Assembly: GCA_903866255.1 (NCBI GenBank)
Contig: CAIPMW010000029.1
Span: 13,689 to 77,688 of the forward strand
Length of the DNA stretch: 64,000 nt
Source of the DNA: an uncultured Chlorobiaceae bacterium
GTDB lineage: Bacteria > Bacteroidota > Chlorobiia > Chlorobiales > Chlorobiaceae
Direction of reading: 5' to 3'
Shown here: in pieces, positions 61,865 through 64,000 of the stretch
How positions within the stretch are numbered: the first letter of the stretch is position 1
How the letters are laid out: every line of letters starts with the position of its first letter
Made by a program: the position numbers and the translations under genes
Notes under the pieces: generated by a model
Told to the model about the DNA's origin: nothing
Database searches by the model: none
What the model saw: the letters and a program-made list of their open reading frames with translations, nothing else

Positions 61865-62848
61865 TTAGCGGATGTTTGTGAGTTTTTCTGAAATATTTTT
61901 GCTGTCAAACAGGCAACTGACAGAGTCATCTTCATAGATACGTTTTATCGCTTCACCGAAGAGGTGGCTGACGGTTATGGTTTCAATTTTTGATGAAAAG
62001 GCGTGGTTGGTTATAACCGAATCGGTCACGATGACCTTTTCAAGTATTGAAGCATTTATTCTTTCAATAGCAGGCCCTGACAGGATTGGGTGGGTAGCTG
62101 CTGCGTAAATCTTGAGCCCTCCCGCTTCACGAATAGCCTTGGCGGCATTGACAATGGTGCCAGCAGTATCAATCATGTCATCAACGAGCAAGACATTTTT
62201 GCCTTTCACATCACCAATAATATTCATCACTTCGGCAACATTGGCGGCTGGACGACGTTTATCAACGATGACAAGATCTGTTCCGAGCTCTTCAGCAAAT
62301 TTTCTGGCAAGTTTGACACCCCCGACATCGGGAGAGGCAACAACCAGATTATCGCGAAAATCTCTTTGACGAATATCATTGATTAAGACTACACTGGAGT
62401 AGAGGTGATCAAATGGAATATCGAAAAATCCCTGAATCTGCGGTGCATGCAAATCCATGGTCAGAATGCGGTTAGCCCCAGCTTTGGTGAGCAGGTTAGC
62501 CACCAGCTTTGCTGTAATGGCAACGCGGGGACGGTCTTTACGGTCTTGTCGCGCGTAACCGTAATAGGGTATAACAGCCGTGATTCTTGCTGATGATGAT
62601 CTTCTTGCCGCATCAATCATGATCAGCATTTCCATCAGGTTATCACCTGGAGGGTTCGTTGACTGAACGATAAAAAGATCAGAGCCGCGGATTGATTCAA
62701 AAAAATTGACCGAAATTTCCCCATCAGAAAAGTTTTCGATTTTTGCATTTCCAAGGGAAATACCGAGGTATTGAGCAATGTTTTCAGCCAGAGCAGGATT
62801 ACTGCGCCCTGCGAAAATTTTAATGGGTTTTGCCTTTGTGTCCTGCAT
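61865..62848 (-). CDS. prs: Ribose-phosphate pyrophosphokinase
   Basis: FSDGE, YARQDRK, DLHAPQIQGFF, SPDVGG, VDDMIDTAGT. Confidence 0.97.
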   Translation of the reverse strand: MQDTKAKPIKIFAGRSNPALAENIAQYLGISLGNAKIENFSDGEISVNFFESIRGSDLFIVQSTNPPGDNLMEMLIMIDAARRSSSARITAVIPYYGYARQDRKDRPRVAITAKLVANLLTKAGANRILTMDLHAPQIQGFFDIPFDHLYSSVVLINDIRQRDFRDNLVVASPDVGGVKLARKFAEELGTDLVIVDKRRPAANVAEVMNIIGDVKGKNVLLVDDMIDTAGTIVNAAKAIREAGGLKIYAAATHPILSGPAIERINASILEKVIVTDSVITNHAFSSKIETITVSHLFGEAIKRIYEDDSVSCLFDSKNISEKLTNIR

Positions 62849-63019
62849 TTTCTAATGAAAGGGATTATATTGGCCTACAGTTCAACTTCAATGACTGGTT
62901 CTGACCGCTTTTCGACAGCAGTCATTACAGCCATACGGAGCCAAATATAATGAATAAAGGGTGAAAAGTTAATATATTTTTTCCTCTTTCTAACGGGGGG
63001 GGTATTTGCCTGTATAACT

Positions 63020-64000
63020 ATGACTATTCTGGAGATCTGCGACTACCTTGGCAATTTTTTTGATGCATTGGAGCTGACAGGAGGGGGAGCGTGTGAGATT
63101 GTTGCACCAGCCAGGATCGAAACTGCCCGGAGTGGAGAGGTAACTTTTGTTGCCAATGATAAATATGTAAAGTTCCTTGCCTCTACAGAGGCTTCGCTTG
63201 TTATTGTTCATCATTCGGTTAATGTGGATGAGTTTATTCACAAAATCTTTTTCATCAAGGTCAATGATCCCTATTCTGCATTTGTTTTTTTGCTCCAAAA
63301 ATTTGCCATGCCCCGCACCATAGCAGCAAAAGGTGTTGCGTCAACTGCGTCAATCGGCGATGGTGTTTCTATTGGTGAAGGTGTTTCTATTGGAGAGTAT
63401 GCTGTTGTTGGTAATCAATGTTCGATCGGGAACAACTGCGTGATTGGCGCTCATACGGTTCTGATGCACAATGTTGTTCTTGGTGATGACACATCGCTCT
63501 TTCCTTCCGTTACCTGCTATGACGGTACCATTATAGGGAAAAGGGTGGTTATTCATTCCGGCAGTGTTATTGGAGCAGATGGTTTCGGGTTCGCTCCACA
63601 GAAAAATGGCTCTTACGTTAAAATTCCCCAGATGGGCATTGTAGAGATCGGCGATGATGTAGAGATCGGTGCAAATTCCACAATTGATCGCGCAACCATG
63701 GGGAGCACAATTATCGGTACTGGTGTGAAAATTGATAATCTGGTACAGATTGCCCATAACTGCCGTATTGGTGATCATACGGTTATTGCATCCCAGGCTG
63801 GTATTTCCGGAAGTGTTACCATTGGTCGTCACTGTGTGATTGCTGGACAGGCTGGACTTGCCGGTCATCTGGAGCTTGCTGACAGAATCCAGGTTGCTGC
63901 CCAGGCGGGGGTGTCGAAATCTTTTCTGCACCCTGGCACAGCTCTTCGCGGTTATCCCGCTCAGCCCATGCGCGATCAGTTGAAGCATGAAGCGATGTTG
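63020..64000 (+). CDS. lpxD: UDP-3-O-acyl-glucosamine N-acyltransferase (runs off window)
   Basis: Hand translation from ATG 63020: ...VNDPY...hexapeptide repeats...IGADGFGF...[22 protein letters not shown]...[11 protein letters not shown]. Confidence 0.95.
   Translation, partial: MTILEICDYLGNFFDALELTGGGACEIVAPARIETARSGEVTFVANDKYVKFLASTEASLVIVHHSVNVDEFIHKIFFIKVNDPYSAFVFLLQKFAMPRTIAAKGVASTASIGDGVSIGEGVSIGEYAVVGNQCSIGNNCVIGAHTVLMHNVVLGDDTSLFPSVTCYDGTIIGKRVVIHSGSVIGADGFGFAPQKNGSYVKIPQMGIVEIGDDVEIGANSTIDRATMGSTIIGTGVKIDNLVQIAHNCRIGDHTVIASQAGISGSVTIGRHCVIAGQAGLAGHLELADRIQVAAQAGVSKSFLHPGTALRGYPAQPMRDQLKHEAML

Noticed and set aside
60875-61891. 338-aa plus-strand ORF
   Set aside because: Antisense to rplY and the ABC permease; shadow ORF
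63350-63988. 212-aa minus-strand ORF
   Set aside because: Antisense to lpxD hexapeptide repeats

Overview
Green sulfur bacterium (Chlorobiaceae) chromosomal segment, judged from a chlorosome CsmB/CsmF-family gene and Chlorobi-type gene order. Mostly housekeeping: aroC, hem genes, typA, pho/pst, RND pump, purC, coaD, metG, tRNA-fMet, rplY, prs, lpxD. Three accessory-looking inserts. (1) A Na+-translocating acyl-CoA decarboxylase cluster (mmdA-oadG-mmdC-mmdB) between hemB and hisN/hemD, whose beta subunit has substitutions at two residues essential in Klebsiella OadB. (2) A ~9 kb decaying defence island between typA and phoR (about 12.8-21.7 kb): AEP-primase/SF2-helicase fusion, a double-stop pseudogene, a deoxyribosyltransferase-like/TPR/SLOG-like protein, a TIR-TM-coiled-coil-OmpA-like fusion, a frameshifted patatin and an orphan restriction endonuclease. 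(3) A DUF2934 + atypical pyruvate kinase segment bounded by a 14-bp direct repeat. Best candidates for undescribed systems: the NDT-TPR-SLOG / membrane TIR / patatin module and the tightly linked HAD-CHAD-ParA-PhoR operon (possible polyphosphate-granule positioning). Family assignments come from motif recognition and memory, not database searches. No CRISPR array, integrase or transposase was seen.
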